DNA of 64,000 bases, taken from positions 541,885 to 605,884 of the forward strand of contig CAWJBM010000002.1 of the NCBI GenBank assembly GCA_963841155.1. Reading direction: 5' to 3'. The position numbers and the translations under genes were made by a program. Below are positions 53,708 through 61,439 of the stretch, piece after piece. Under the pieces are notes generated by a model that did not search any database, had not been told where the DNA came from, and worked only from the letters and a program-made list of their open reading frames with translations. The stretch comes from an uncultured Acidimicrobiaceae bacterium (lineage in GTDB: Bacteria; Actinomycetota; Acidimicrobiia; Acidimicrobiales; Bog-793). Each line of letters starts with the position of its first letter. Position 1 is the first letter of the stretch.

Positions 53708-54952
53708 ATGTGCCCGTCTCTCTATGTGACACGTCTGGTCGACAGGCCACTCGCGGATCTGTTCGCCCAGTTGCCGGCGCTGCTGATAGTCGGCCCCCGC
53801 GCCACGGGCAAGACCACCAGCGCACGGCGGCTCGCCCGCTCGGTGGTCAGGTTGGACGTGCCCGCCGAGGCCGCTGCGTTCCGCTTCGACGCCGATGCGG
53901 CACTGGGAGCGATGCCCACGCCGGTGCTCCTCGACGAGTGGCAGGAGGTTCCCGGGCTGATGGGAGCGGTGCGGCGCGCAGTCGACGAGGACTCGAGTCC
54001 CGGACGGTTCCTCCTCACCGGAAGCGCCCGGGCACGGCGCGGGAGTGATGTGTGGTCGGGCATTGGCCGAGTGGTCAGTCTGAGGATGTACGGACTAACG
54101 GTGCGCGAGACCGTCGGGCACAGTGACGGCCCGGGGTTCCTCGAGCGGCTGGCAACGGCTGATCTAGCGGCGTTCCCCGTTCCTGCCGACCCGCCGAACC
54201 TGATTGGATATGTTGACCTAGCGCTCAGGGGCGGCTTTCCCACGCCTTTCCTGCGCCTTGTCGGCGGCGCAAGGCAGGAGTGGCTCGACACCTACGTGGA
54301 TCAGCTGGTGACCCGCGATGCCGAGACTTTGGGCAGTACCCGGGACCCGGTGTTGCTTCGCCGTTACTTGGAAGCGCTGTGCGTCAACACTGCCGGCGTA
54401 GTCGAGGACAAGTCGATTTACGACGCCGCTTCGATCAGCAGAATGACGGCAGCTGCCTATGAGCGTCTGCTGTCGGACCTGTTCGTGTTCGAGGCGCTGC
54501 CGGCGTGGAGCAACAACCGACTGTCACGCCTCGTGAAAGGGCCGAAGCGCTACATGGTGGACACCTCCCTGGTGGCGGCTGCCCTTCGACTCGACCAGCG
54601 GGCCATTCTGCGTGATGGCGATCTGCTGGGCCGAGTGATGGACACATTCGTGGTCTCGCAGCTCCGGCCCGAGGCCGAGCTCAGCCCATTGCGCCCGCGC
54701 CTGTATCACCTGCGGGAGAAGGACGGACGGCACGAGATCGACCTTCTTGCGGAGGTGGCCGGTGGTGACGTGATGGCTGTCGAGATCAAGGCCACCGCCA
54801 CGCCAGACACTGGCGACGCCCGCCACCTGGCGTGGTTGCGGGATCGGCTCGGCCAACGGTTCCTTGCCGGCGCCGTCCTCCACACCGGGCCTCGGCCGTT
54901 CGGTCTCGGTGAAAGGATCTTCGCTCTGCCCATCTGCTCGCTCTGGCATTGA
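53708..54952 (+). CDS. AAA-type ATPase with a DUF4143-like C-terminal domain
   Basis: Walker A VGPRATGKTT and LLDEWQEVP are present. The C-terminal part, ..LYHLREKDGRHEIDLL..AVEIKA, is typical of the ATPase/DUF4143 family. Confidence 0.75.
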   Translation: MCPSLYVTRLVDRPLADLFAQLPALLIVGPRATGKTTSARRLARSVVRLDVPAEAAAFRFDADAALGAMPTPVLLDEWQEVPGLMGAVRRAVDEDSSPGRFLLTGSARARRGSDVWSGIGRVVSLRMYGLTVRETVGHSDGPGFLERLATADLAAFPVPADPPNLIGYVDLALRGGFPTPFLRLVGGARQEWLDTYVDQLVTRDAETLGSTRDPVLLRRYLEALCVNTAGVVEDKSIYDAASISRMTAAAYERLLSDLFVFEALPAWSNNRLSRLVKGPKRYMVDTSLVAAALRLDQRAILRDGDLLGRVMDTFVVSQLRPEAELSPLRPRLYHLREKDGRHEIDLLAEVAGGDVMAVEIKATATPDTGDARHLAWLRDRLGQRFLAGAVLHTGPRPFGLGERIFALPICSLWH

Positions 54953-55046
54953 GGCCGAAGCCAACGGTTCGTCGGTGCTCAGGGAGCGCCAGCCCCAGAC
55001 ATCGTTGATCAAACTTCGGGCTGAACTGTCAACGACCATTGAGAAA

Positions 55047-55115
55047 CGCGCGCCGACGGCCACGAGAACCGCGCGGTGACGGCCACCAAAGTCGCGCGGT
55101 GACGGCCACCAGTTC
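55047..55115. repeat. Three tandem 23-bp repeats, possibly the multi-repeat end of an IS21-family element
   Basis: The units are cgcgcgccgacggccacgagaac, cgcgcggtgacggccaccaaagt and cgcgcggtgacggccaccagttc. They lie 26 nt beyond the stop of the minus-strand IstB fragment. Confidence 0.45.
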
Positions 55116-55140
55116 TGCCGTGAACTTCAGGTGAGCGGCT

Positions 55141-55386
55141 TCACCCCGTCCCGGTCGTGGCCTGCTGCAGTCGCACGCTGTCACCGCAGGTGACACAGAC
55201 ATGCGCGTGATGCATCAGGCGATCGACTGTTGCACTGGCGAGCATCTTGGGCATGAGCTCCTCGAAGCCGGACGGGTGCAGGTTCGAGCTGACCGCGACC
55301 GAGCGCTTCTCGTAAGCGGCGTCCACAAGGCGGTAAGGACCCTCGGCGGCATCGTGGCTCACGGGCAAGAGCCCGATGTCGTCTTG
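55141..55386 (-). mobile_element. istB: IS21-family IstB helper-ATPase gene fragment (Walker B to stop only)
   Basis: QDDIGLLPVSHDAAEGPYRLVDAAYEKRSVAVSSNLHPSGFEELMP..ATVDRLMHHAHVCVTCGDSVRL. An in-frame stop lies immediately upstream. Confidence 0.7.
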
Positions 55387-55406
55387 TCATGCCGATATCC
55401 GCATAA

Positions 55407-55630
55407 GTCGACGAGCTCGGCTACGTGGCGCTCGACGGGAGGGGCGCGGAGCTCTTGTTCCAGGTGATCACCGAGCGCGAGCAGCGCGCCTCGATCGCCA
55501 CGGCATCGAACCTCCCGTTCTTGAGTCGGGCCAGATCATCGCCGACCGCCGCCTCGTCGCGCCGATCGTCGACCGGCTCACCTTCAACGGCCACATCCTC
55601 GAGACCGGCTCGGACAGCTATCGGCTGTGA
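55407..55630 (+). mobile_element. istB: Second, divergent IstB gene fragment (Walker B to stop) with an internal frame break near 55518-55525
   Basis: VDELGYVALDGRGAELLFQVITEREQRASIATASNLPF is followed, in the -1 frame, by ESGQIIADRRLVAPIVDRLTFNGHILETGSDSYRL. A stop codon lies immediately upstream. Confidence 0.7.
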
Positions 55631-55653
55631 TCGACACGATCGCGCAGGTCGAG

Positions 55654-56208
55654 CTAACCGAGCCGCTCGAGCACGGCGTTCACCGCGTCCTTGCTGAAGT
55701 CCTCGGAGTCGAAGTCCTCACCGACCCACTCGAGGTACTCCTCGTGCTCCTCGTGGGAGGGGTCGCCGAGCGCCTCGAGCAGGTTGTAATAGCCCCACAC
55801 CCCGCCGCAGTCCTCGGGCGGACAGGCACGCTTGCCGCCGGTGCAGAGCGCGACACCTTTCCACGCAACCGGGACGTCGGTCTTCTCGACGAGGAGCCGG
55901 TGCTCCCAGGAGTCGCCGAAGTCGTAGTCATAGACGCCACGCCGTTCATCAGCGAAGGCCTCGGCGATCGTCACGGTCTTCTCGTCGACCTCGTCCATGT
56001 CGAAGTCCTCGTAGTCGGCCGGCCCATAGCGGACACCGCCGATCCGGAAGCAGTGGAGGTGGTAGTCCTCCCAGCCCATCGCGACCTGGAGCACCCGGTG
56101 CAGCTCGTCGAGGGTGGCGGACCCGGAGACGACCAGCCGGCGCCAGATCGGTGGCCGGCTGCCGTCGAGCGTCACCTTGATCTGCAGCGTCGTCGGCGCA
56201 CCAGTCAC
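55654..56208 (-). CDS. Plasmid pRiA4b ORF-3-like family protein
   Basis: LQIKVTLDGSRPPIWRRLVVSGSATLDELHRVLQVAMGWEDYHLHCF..YDYDFGDSWEH..CPPEDCGG is the signature of this family. Confidence 0.8.
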   Translation of the reverse strand: MTGAPTTLQIKVTLDGSRPPIWRRLVVSGSATLDELHRVLQVAMGWEDYHLHCFRIGGVRYGPADYEDFDMDEVDEKTVTIAEAFADERRGVYDYDFGDSWEHRLLVEKTDVPVAWKGVALCTGGKRACPPEDCGGVWGYYNLLEALGDPSHEEHEEYLEWVGEDFDSEDFSKDAVNAVLERLG

Positions 56209-56320
56209 GTCCGCACGTTACGCGCCGGCGGCGCTCCCAGGGCGGACCCTTAACTGTCTGGATGTCCGCACAGCTATCGGTGGCCTCCACCGCTAGCCAA
56301 TCCGCAAGGACGATCCAGCC

Positions 56321-56634
56321 ATGACCGGGCGACGCGATAACTACCAGACGCCGACCACCGGCGAGGACAGCGCAGCCGTGCTCGCCGAGGCGATCGTCTC
56401 CCTCGGCCAGCTTCGCGACCTCGGTGGATGGACTGTGACGCCGCCGTCGAGCTCCATCTGTTGACGAGCGTCCTCGTGAAAGCCAGGACGCGACTGCCAA
56501 GGACGGTGGCTGACGCGCGGGACCAAGAGTGCTCGTGGGCCGAGATCGCCGATCTCCTCGGCGTCACCCGGGCGAGCGCGTGCCAGCGCTACGCCGGCCG
56601 CACCGGACGCGATCCAACACCGGTCGACGACTGA
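56321..56634 (+). pseudogene. Small HTH protein gene with a frame break near 56425
   Basis: MTGRRDNYQTPTTGEDSAAVLAEAIVSLGQLRDL (frame a, stop at 56462) continues in another frame (ORF 56428..56634) as ..AAVELHLLTSVLVKARTRL..ECSWAEIADLLGVTRASACQRY. Confidence 0.4.
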
Positions 56635-56741
56635 TCTGGTCCAGTTGTTCAGGTGGGGCCAAAGCGCGTGAGCGCGGTAGGGGCAAATCAGCTTGACATT
56701 CCCTACCTGACGGCACCACCCCTGACCAGGGAACGAAGCCG

Positions 56742-56816
56742 AGCGGGCGACGAGAATCGAACTCGCGTTCTCAGCTGGGAAGAGCGGTCAGCTGAACTCT
56801 GGCGAACTACGGCGGC
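56742..56816 (-). pseudogene. Degenerate tRNA-Gly-like sequence (not foldable into a cloverleaf)
   Basis: The minus strand reads GCCGCCGTAGTTCGCCAGAGTTCAGCTGACCGCTCTTCCCAGCTGAGAACGCGAGTTCGATTCTCGTCGCCCGCT. The T-arm GCGAG-TTCGATT-CTCGT and the 3' acceptor CGCCCGC are intact. The 5' acceptor is GCCGCCG rather than GCGGGCG, the D-arm is broken, and about 8 extra nt sit before the CTTCCCA loop. Confidence 0.5.
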
Positions 56817-56943
56817 ATCTTACGGCAGGTCAGACGGTTATCCACACGCTTGCGAATAACCATGAACGGCAGCGGCCGCGGGATATTCGCGGGATGATGT
56901 CTTACTGCGAAATCGGTCCGCCCTTGGCCCGGAACTAAAGCCG

Positions 56944-57510
56944 TCAAGCGGTATCAAGTGCGCGGTCAGGGCTGTGGCCTCTCTGGTGGCGATCCTGCCG
57001 GAGGGTGCGTCTGGCACGCGTGCTCCGCCTTGCCGGGGCGAGGTGCACAAGGGCATTGTAGGTCACAAGAGCGATCGCCAGGTGCGTGACCATCAGCACG
57101 AGGACGGCCTTCGGCGGCTGGCCCTTGGCGAGGATGTACACGTCCGGCAGCCACAGCACTGCCGTCACCAGGACAGCCATCCGGAAGAAGACCCAGCGGG
57201 GAGCCGACGAGATCCGCGTCACCACCGGCCATGCGACGCAGGCGATCAGCACGCCGACGACGGTCAGCCTGGCGTAGTCGGAGAAACGGAAGTGTACGTA
57301 GCCACTGGTCGAGGGGAAGATCCTCGTCCCGATCGCCACGAGGACAGCATCGGCTGACAAGGACCCGGCGATGGAGACGATCGTCGCGAGGAGAACACGT
57401 GCGGCCGTGGGCTGCTTATGCTCCGGGGCAAAATCGACCCGGAAAGCGTCTAGAACGGAGGTCAGGGTCGAGTCGCGACGCTGCCACGAGGGTTCCGTTG
57501 GAATTGACAC
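56944..57510 (-). CDS. Hypothetical four-TM membrane protein
   Basis: Four hydrophobic segments follow a roughly 35-aa N-terminus (VLLATIVSIAGSL.., LTVVGVLIACVAWPV, MAVLVTAVLWL, VLVLMVTHLAIALV). It may be DUF6069-like, but that was not verified. Confidence 0.55.
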   Translation of the reverse strand: MSIPTEPSWQRRDSTLTSVLDAFRVDFAPEHKQPTAARVLLATIVSIAGSLSADAVLVAIGTRIFPSTSGYVHFRFSDYARLTVVGVLIACVAWPVVTRISSAPRWVFFRMAVLVTAVLWLPDVYILAKGQPPKAVLVLMVTHLAIALVTYNALVHLAPARRSTRARRTLRQDRHQRGHSPDRALDTA

Positions 57511-57737
57511 TCGCCGATCTTAAGCGTCCCGCGAAGTGATGAACGGCAGAATCGCCAGTCTTTGAGCAGTCTTTGCCGAGTCTTTACCAATCACTGGGGA
57601 CGAGCTGGCCGTCTGTGTTCGTAGGTTCGCTCACGAGCCCGCCGTGAGGAGAACGATGGCCACTCGCCCGAACCGCAGCACCAAGACGGCGAGCTCTCGC
57701 CCGGTAACGCCGCTAGGCGGGGAGAGCTCGGAGCTCG

Positions 57738-58427
57738 TTGCTGCACGGCATCGTCGCTCTTCACGGGACGATCGCTTACCTCATCGTCGGCGCGCTCTGC
57801 TTCGGGGAGGCCAGCGTCTTCGTCGGCTTCGTGCTGCCGGGCGAGACCGCCGTCGTTCTCGGAGGCGTGCTCGCCTCGTTCCACCACGTGGGCCTAGTGC
57901 GGATGCTGGTGCTGGTGGTCGCCTGCGCCATCGTGGGCGACTCGGTCGGCTACGAGGTGGGGCGCCGTTTCGGCCCGTCGTTGGTCCGTCGCCTGCCCGG
58001 AAGGGCCCGCCGCGGCGCAGAGGAGGGTCGCAGGTTCCTCGAGCGCCGGGGCGGCCCGGCGGTGTTCCTCGGTCGCTTCACCGCAGTGTTCCGGGCCGTG
58101 ATCCCCGGAGCCGCCGGGCTGTCAGCGATGCGGTACCGGACGTTCCTTTTCTGGAACACGCTGGGGGGACTGTGCTGGGGTGTCGCCTTCACCCTCGCCG
58201 GCTACGGCGCGGGACGCTCCTACGAACGCGTCATCTCTGCGGCGGGCACGGCGTCGACATCGATCGGCGCCCTTCTGGCCGTCGCCGTGGCAGGATTCCT
58301 CGTCTGGCGCCGGGTGCGCGGGCGCCGTGACGGCCGAGAGACGCCCTCGGAGGCCCCCGAGGCAGGAGCCGAAGACACGCCCCTTGCCGATGAGGAGCTG
58401 GGAGCGCTCCCTGCGGCCCGCAGGTGA
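57738..58427 (+). CDS. DedA-family membrane protein
   Basis: FGEASVFVGFVLPGETAVVLGGVLA..GDSVGYEVGRRFG..FLGRFTAVFRAVIPGAAGLSAMRYRTFLFWNTLGG. The start is TTG. Confidence 0.8.
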   Translation: MLHGIVALHGTIAYLIVGALCFGEASVFVGFVLPGETAVVLGGVLASFHHVGLVRMLVLVVACAIVGDSVGYEVGRRFGPSLVRRLPGRARRGAEEGRRFLERRGGPAVFLGRFTAVFRAVIPGAAGLSAMRYRTFLFWNTLGGLCWGVAFTLAGYGAGRSYERVISAAGTASTSIGALLAVAVAGFLVWRRVRGRRDGRETPSEAPEAGAEDTPLADEELGALPAARR

Positions 58428-58462
58428 CGGCTTGACAGGAATGGCCCACCACGCCCCGATCC

Positions 58463-59203
58463 TCAACGGTGCAGGGGCAGTGGAGCCTTGTAGACGGCTT
58501 GTGCCTGCACGGTGGTGAGGACGTGGTTGGCGACCAGCTGGTCGAGCACCTGGAGCTGACGCTGCTTGGCGAGGCCGAAGTGGATGACCGGGTCGTAGGC
58601 GGACGGCGCCTGGGGGAGCCCGGCGAGCAGGGAGGCTTCGGCCCAGTTCAGCGCGTCGGGCGCGACGCCGAAGTAGCCCCGGGCCGCGTTCAGGTAGCCC
58701 CAATAGCCGTGCCCGTAGTAGATGGCGTTCAGGTACATCTCGAGGATCCGCTGCTTCGAGTAGCTCAGTGAGAGCTTGAGGCCGAGCCCGACCTGCTCCA
58801 AGGTGCCGGCGAAAGAAGGACTCGACGGGTAGAGCTGCTTCGCCAGCTGCTGAGCGATGGTGCTGCCTCCCGGATCGCCACTGCTGTGAAGCGCCGTGAG
58901 GGCGGCCCGGGCGGCGCCGTCGAAGACGTCCAGCAGCACGTTGGAGTAGAAGTGCTCGTCTTCGACGGCGACCGCGGCCTCGGCCAGCTTCGTCGGGAGC
59001 GGCAAGTGGCCCAGCTCGCCTCCATGTGCCCGCACGATCGCCGCGACCTTCGCCGGGGCGTCGGCGACGCTCGGCAGGCTCAGCTCGTAGCCGAGACCGG
59101 CGAGGACGAGGGCGATGACAATCCCCAGCAGGGCGAGGCCGACCCGGACGAGCCGCCGTCTCCACTTGCGCCAACGGGCTCTCGCGGCCTCAGCCTCAGC
59201 CAT
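58463..59203 (-). CDS. Monofunctional peptidoglycan glycosyltransferase (GT51 domain)
   Basis: An N-terminal TM is followed by AVAVEDEHFYSN, GGSTIAQQLAKQLY and KQRILEMYLNAIYYG. The ATG at 59203 overlaps the kinase stop by 8 nt. Confidence 0.8.
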   Translation of the reverse strand: MAEAEAARARWRKWRRRLVRVGLALLGIVIALVLAGLGYELSLPSVADAPAKVAAIVRAHGGELGHLPLPTKLAEAAVAVEDEHFYSNVLLDVFDGAARAALTALHSSGDPGGSTIAQQLAKQLYPSSPSFAGTLEQVGLGLKLSLSYSKQRILEMYLNAIYYGHGYWGYLNAARGYFGVAPDALNWAEASLLAGLPQAPSAYDPVIHFGLAKQRQLQVLDQLVANHVLTTVQAQAVYKAPLPLHR

Positions 59204-60620
59204 CTGCGGCCTCGAGCCGCACGACAGCGTCGACCCCTCCGCCAGGGGCGGCGTCGAGCCAGGCCGTCCCACCCGAGATGCGGGCGAGTTGGGAGACAAT
59301 CGCCAGCCCGAGCCCGGTTCCGCCGTGGGGAGCCCCCTCCCGCCTCCAGAACCGGTCGAAAGCCCGGTTCCGGTCGGCCACGCTCATGCCAGGCCCGTCG
59401 TCGATGACATGGACCTCGACGCGCTTGGCCAGGCGGAGCGCGCCCAGGGAAACCTTCCCGCCGGCTGGGGTTGCCTCAAGGGCGTTGGCGAGCAGGTTGT
59501 CGAGGACCTGCTCGAGATGACCGGGGCAGGCAAGGGCTCTAAGCGCCGATTCGTGTGGCCCGCCGGCCGGCAGCTCGCAGGTAAGCGTCACCCGGCGCTC
59601 CTCGGCTAGGGCGCCCCAGGCTTCCGCCCGGTCGCGCAGGGCGGATTCGACATCGACCACCTCTCGCGCCGGGCGCACGCCCCCCTCGCTGCGGGCGAGC
59701 GTGAGCAGCCCGTCGACGATCCGCGAGAGCCTGTCGGCCTCGGCGAGGGCGGGGGTGAGCTCCGCCCCCTGCTCGGGCTCGAGGGTGTCCTCCAGGTTCT
59801 CAAGTCGCAGGCGCAGGGCCGTGAGCGGGGTGCGGAGCTGGTGGGAGGCGTCGGCAAGGAAGGCCCGCTGGGTGTGGACGAGCTCCTCCAGGCGGTCCGC
59901 CATCTCGTTGACGGTCTCTCCGAGGGCCATCAGCTCAGCCGGGCCACGCTCGACGGGTGCCCTCTCGGAGAGCCGGCCCGCCCCGACGGCGGCGACGGCG
60001 GCCTCGATGCCCTCCAACGGGCGGGTGAGCGAGCGGGCCAGGAGAGCTCCGAGGGCGCTGGCCAAGGCGAGCACGCCAAGCCCGAAGAGCCCGAGGGCGA
60101 TCCAGTTGTTGCGGATGCGGGCGTGCATGGGCGCCGCCGACTCAGCGACGAGGAGGACCACGTCGCTCCCGTGAGCCGGCGACGAGCGGCCACTCGCCGG
60201 AGGCGCCGAGACCGCCACGGGCAGCGCCACGTAAAGGAAGTCATCGTCGGGATCGTCCGAGCCCTCCTCGCCCGAGATGTGGCCGGAGGCCGCCGAGGCG
60301 ACGATCACCTTCGTACGGACATCGTTCAGCTCCTCAAGGGCGCCCTTGCCGGCTGCTGCCAGGACGTGGTTGGCCGAGACGACCGCCACGACAGCGGCGT
60401 CGGCCCGGGCGAACTGCCTGACGGTGAGCCGAAGGCTCGACCCGTCGCCGTGGTCCAGCCCGGCGGCAACAAGCACGGCGAGCGAGGAGGCATCGCGCTG
60501 CACCTCCGACATCGAGGTGGTGCGGTCGTTCCGGGCCAGGCTGAGCCCGAGGGGAACCTCGAGGACCACGACGAGGGCGAGCGCGAAGAGGAGAAAACCC
60601 GCTAGCAGCCGCCTCCTCAT
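59196..60620 (-). CDS. Sensor histidine kinase (two TM, HAMP, HisKA, HATPase_c)
   Basis: H-box FLADASHQLRTPLTAL, N-box LDNLLANALEA, G-boxes DDGPGM and GTGLGLAIV are present. There is an ATGA overlap with the response regulator stop. Confidence 0.9.
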   Translation of the reverse strand: MRRRLLAGFLLFALALVVVLEVPLGLSLARNDRTTSMSEVQRDASSLAVLVAAGLDHGDGSSLRLTVRQFARADAAVVAVVSANHVLAAAGKGALEELNDVRTKVIVASAASGHISGEEGSDDPDDDFLYVALPVAVSAPPASGRSSPAHGSDVVLLVAESAAPMHARIRNNWIALGLFGLGVLALASALGALLARSLTRPLEGIEAAVAAVGAGRLSERAPVERGPAELMALGETVNEMADRLEELVHTQRAFLADASHQLRTPLTALRLRLENLEDTLEPEQGAELTPALAEADRLSRIVDGLLTLARSEGGVRPAREVVDVESALRDRAEAWGALAEERRVTLTCELPAGGPHESALRALACPGHLEQVLDNLLANALEATPAGGKVSLGALRLAKRVEVHVIDDGPGMSVADRNRAFDRFWRREGAPHGGTGLGLAIVSQLARISGGTAWLDAAPGGGVDAVVRLEAADG

Positions 60621-61279
60621 TGAGGGACTGCGAGCCTGAAGCCAACACCCCGGCTCGTCTCGATCCACTTGGGGTCGCCGAGCTTCTTGCGAAGAGAGGC
60701 GATGTGGACATCGACCGTCTTCGAGGTGCCGTACCAGTGGGGATCCCAGACCTCGGCGAGGATCTCCCGCCGGGTGACCATGGCGCCGGGATCAAGCGCG
60801 AGCAGGGCCAAGAGGTCGTACTCCTTCGGGGTCAGCTGCACTTCCTCGCCCGCCAGCAGCACGCGGTGCGTGCGCCGGTCGATCTCGAGCTCGCCTATCA
60901 CCTGCGGACCGGACGTGGCCGACGGCTGCGCCGCGCTCCGGCGGAGGACGGCGCGTATGCGGGCGACGAGCTCACGGAAGCCGAACGGCTTCACCACATA
61001 GTCGTCGGCGCCGAGCTCGAGGCCGACGACCCGGTCGGTCTCGTCGTCGCGGGCGGTGACGATGATGATCGGGACCGTCGAGCGGGCGCGCAGCTGCCGG
61101 CAGACCTCGAAACCGTGGGCGTCGGGAAGCCCGAGGTCGAGGAGCACGAGGTCGGCCGGTGGCGCCGACAGCGCCGCCGCGGCGCTCTGCACGAGCATCA
61201 CCTCGAAGCCCTCCCGGCGAAGCCCGGTCGCCAATGGCTCGCCGATGGCACTGTCGTCTTCGACCACGAGAACTTGCAC
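60617..61279 (-). CDS. OmpR/PhoB-family response regulator
   Basis: VLVVEDD, DLVLLDLGLPD and KPF are receiver motifs. The winged-helix output reads LTPKEYDLLALLA..VDVHIASLRKKL..IETSRGVGFRL. The GTG at 61279 was chosen inside ORF 60617..61675. Confidence 0.88.
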   Translation of the reverse strand: MQVLVVEDDSAIGEPLATGLRREGFEVMLVQSAAAALSAPPADLVLLDLGLPDAHGFEVCRQLRARSTVPIIIVTARDDETDRVVGLELGADDYVVKPFGFRELVARIRAVLRRSAAQPSATSGPQVIGELEIDRRTHRVLLAGEEVQLTPKEYDLLALLALDPGAMVTRREILAEVWDPHWYGTSKTVDVHIASLRKKLGDPKWIETSRGVGFRLAVPQ

Positions 61280-61439
61280 TTCTCTGTTAGCTTTCCACAG
61301 CCGATCACGGTCGGGTTGTCGTGTCGTGACAGCAGCGCCGCCACGAGCAAGCTCGAGTCTTGCCGGTGCCATCTGTTGGTGCGGCCGTCCTGGTCGAATC
61401 TTTACCGGTTGCTGGACTCGCCTTGCATCCCGGCTGCGT

